NCBI GenBank assembly: GCA_963719515.1
Contig: CAVRCJ010000005.1
Location: forward strand, 1-64,000
Length of the DNA stretch: 64,000 nt
Direction: 5' to 3'
Source: an uncultured cyanobacterium
GTDB lineage: Bacteria > Cyanobacteriota > Cyanobacteriia > CAKZMO01
In this document: in pieces, positions 62,021 through 64,000 of the stretch
Layout: each line of letters opens with the position of its first letter
How positions within the stretch are numbered: position 1 is the first letter of the stretch
Made by a program: the position numbers and the translations under genes
The notes under the pieces: generated by a model
Databases searched by the model: none
The model's input: the letters and a program-made list of their open reading frames with translations, nothing else
Told to the model about the DNA's origin: nothing

Positions 62021-62464
62021 TTACCGATCCCGTGGATTGTCACCGTGCTTACCGCCGCAGGCCTCGTCTTTGATCGCCGCCGTTTCGCTGGGCGATCGCT
62101 CTTCGAGCGACATCACCGAAGGTGACTCCATTGCAGATGAGACTTGAGCGGGCAGCATTTTGGGCGGGGCGATGCTCGGAGCACTCTCGGCCTCCAAATC
62201 TTTCAGCGCCTCATCCGGACTGAAGTTGAGTCCGAGAACCGAAACAATTCGATCCGGGCTGTTGTTGAGGCCCACGACTAGGGGCAGAAGCTGCGTCAGT
62301 CGGGGTTCGAGCACCGACAGCGTTGCCAGGATGAAGCTAGAGGAAGGGCGACGCTGCCCATTGTCATTGACCCAGACCGCTAGGTGAATGAGCCAATCGC
62401 GGTTGTCTTGATAGTAGGTGAGCCACTGATGCCTGAGGTTTTGGCGAAGCTGTTGAACGTTCAC
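62021..62464 (-). CDS. DUF5331-like protein between chlL and chlN
   Basis: LRHQWLTYYQDNRDWL, RRPSSSFILATLSVLEP, LGLNFSP. Confidence 0.82.
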   Translation of the reverse strand: MNVQQLRQNLRHQWLTYYQDNRDWLIHLAVWVNDNGQRRPSSSFILATLSVLEPRLTQLLPLVVGLNNSPDRIVSVLGLNFSPDEALKDLEAESAPSIAPPKMLPAQVSSAMESPSVMSLEERSPSETAAIKDEACGGKHGDNPRDR

Positions 62465-62594
62465 GGGGGGGAGACGGTAAGGGGTGAAGGGAAAAGCAAA
62501 GGCTACCGTATCACGATTCTTTGCCATTCCCACCGCCTTGTGACGTTCTGCAACCTGCAGCGCCTTGCAGCCTCACCCCATGGAGCAGGTCAGC

Positions 62595-63455
62595 CTACAC
62601 CATCATCAGATCGGGCTCGGATTCCTTCACCTGCGGTCCGGCGGGGTTGAGGTAGAAGTCAGACAGCAGCGCAAACAGGTCGCGATCCTGCGCGTCGTTG
62701 GGCACCACGCCCTCGGGGTTGGCCAGCAGTTGGTCGGCGATATTGAGGTAGTAATCGCAGACGTAGTTGAGAGCGGGCTCGGTTTCGGCCATCTCAAACA
62801 GCGTCTTGCCCTTAACGCGAGAGACGCGGATGTCTTCGATTAGCGGCAGAATCTCTAGCACCGGCATGGGCACCGTTTCGATGTACTTGTCGATCAGGTC
62901 GCGCTTTGAGGTGCGGTTGCCAATCAGGCCCGCTAGCCGCAGCGGGTGAGTACGGGCCTTTTCGCGCACGGAGGCGGCAATTCGGTTGGCGGCGAACAGG
63001 GCGTCAAAGCCATTGTCGGTGACAATCATGCAGTAGTCGGCGTAGTTGAGCGGAGCGGCAAAGCCCCCACAAACCACGTCGCCCAGCACGTCAAATAAAA
63101 TTACGTCGTACTCGTCGAAAGCGTTGAGCTCTTTGAGCAGCTTCACGGTCTCACCGACCACATAGCCGCCGCAGCCCGCGCCCGCCGGGGGACCGCCTGC
63201 TTCCACGCAGTCCACGCCGCCGTAGCCCTTGTAGATCACATCCTCAGGCCACACGTCCTCGTAGTGGTAGTCCTTTTCCTGCAGAGTGTCGATGATGGTG
63301 GGAATCAGGAACCCCGTCAGCGTAAAGGTGCTGTCGTGCTTGGGGTCACAGCCAATCTGCAGCACTTTTTTACCGCGCTTGGCCAAAGCGACCGAGATGT
63401 TGCAGCTAGTGGTGGATTTACCAATACCACCTTTGCCGTATACCGCTAGTTTCAC
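62595..63455 (-). CDS. chlL: Dark-operative protochlorophyllide reductase iron protein
   Basis: [37 protein letters not shown]. Confidence 0.98.
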   Translation of the reverse strand: MKLAVYGKGGIGKSTTSCNISVALAKRGKKVLQIGCDPKHDSTFTLTGFLIPTIIDTLQEKDYHYEDVWPEDVIYKGYGGVDCVEAGGPPAGAGCGGYVVGETVKLLKELNAFDEYDVILFDVLGDVVCGGFAAPLNYADYCMIVTDNGFDALFAANRIAASVREKARTHPLRLAGLIGNRTSKRDLIDKYIETVPMPVLEILPLIEDIRVSRVKGKTLFEMAETEPALNYVCDYYLNIADQLLANPEGVVPNDAQDRDLFALLSDFYLNPAGPQVKESEPDLMMV

Positions 63456-64000
63456 GTGAGTTCTCTCCTTAGTTGCTTGTTGGGGGGTGCCGATGGATGC
63501 GCGGTGAGCGCTGAGGGGTGTGAGTGAAAGTTATGCCTTACCGGCGATTCTGCTGCTCGGTGACGTCTGAGTTCGTTGAGCTAGGGTTTGCGCTATCGGG
63601 TCTATCCCGCGATGTGTCCAGTCCTGTAGGCATTATTGTTCAACATCATCGTGAAGCAAAGGGAATGACAAATTAGTTGACATAGTGAGATTACCTTAAA
63701 GGGTTAGGGGTAGTCCCTATAGGCCTCAAACCAGTAATAAAAGCTTTTCAATCCCTAAAATGCCTATTTTTTGGGTTTTGGGAGTTTACTTATGTAGAAA
63801 GCGAAACAAAAAACAAACTTACAGCCGGCATAAATGCTAGCCTCTATAGGCGATAGGGGCGTTGGCCTTGCCTATCGCGATCGCCCCATTCAACCGCTTC
63901 ACCGCCATTTGCATGCGGGCTATAGCTTTCCAGGCTGTACTTACCGTTGAACCAAGGGGAATAGCCAGCTCGCTATAAGCCGCGAGGCCGCTGCGTGGGC

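Noticed and set aside
63456..64000. ChlR site or small gene upstream of chlL
   Set aside because: The TTACC...GGTTA spacing does not fit the motif as I recall it, and there is no credible ORF.

Overview
Chromosomal window from a cyanobacterium. Evidence: abundant HIP1 GCGATCGC, the rubA-ycf48-psbEFLJ operon, psaK, psaX, petH, prk, chlM and chlL/chlN. Most of it is housekeeping, photosynthesis and metabolism genes plus one tRNA-Ser(GCT). Accessory content includes two TnpA-less IS200/IS605 elements with intact-looking TnpB, one carrying a small divergent ribbon-helix-helix-like gene. There are also two near-identical 396-bp non-coding IS605-derived elements that seem to retain a promoter and an omegaRNA-type right end, and several REP-like palindromes. 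The most striking locus is an island between codA and chlN (~56.2-60.5 kb). It holds an overlapping gene pair: a DUF4062/TIR-like protein ending in KTYNIDKIDSARFE and a TPR protein starting with MGDKTYNINTIENAQFF. The TPR protein has 8+ near-identical 138-bp repeats that vary at a few codons and shows no visible STAND NTPase domain. This resembles an amyloid-motif receptor/effector signalling pair and is a candidate immune or cell-death system. All product calls come from motif recognition by eye; no searches were run.
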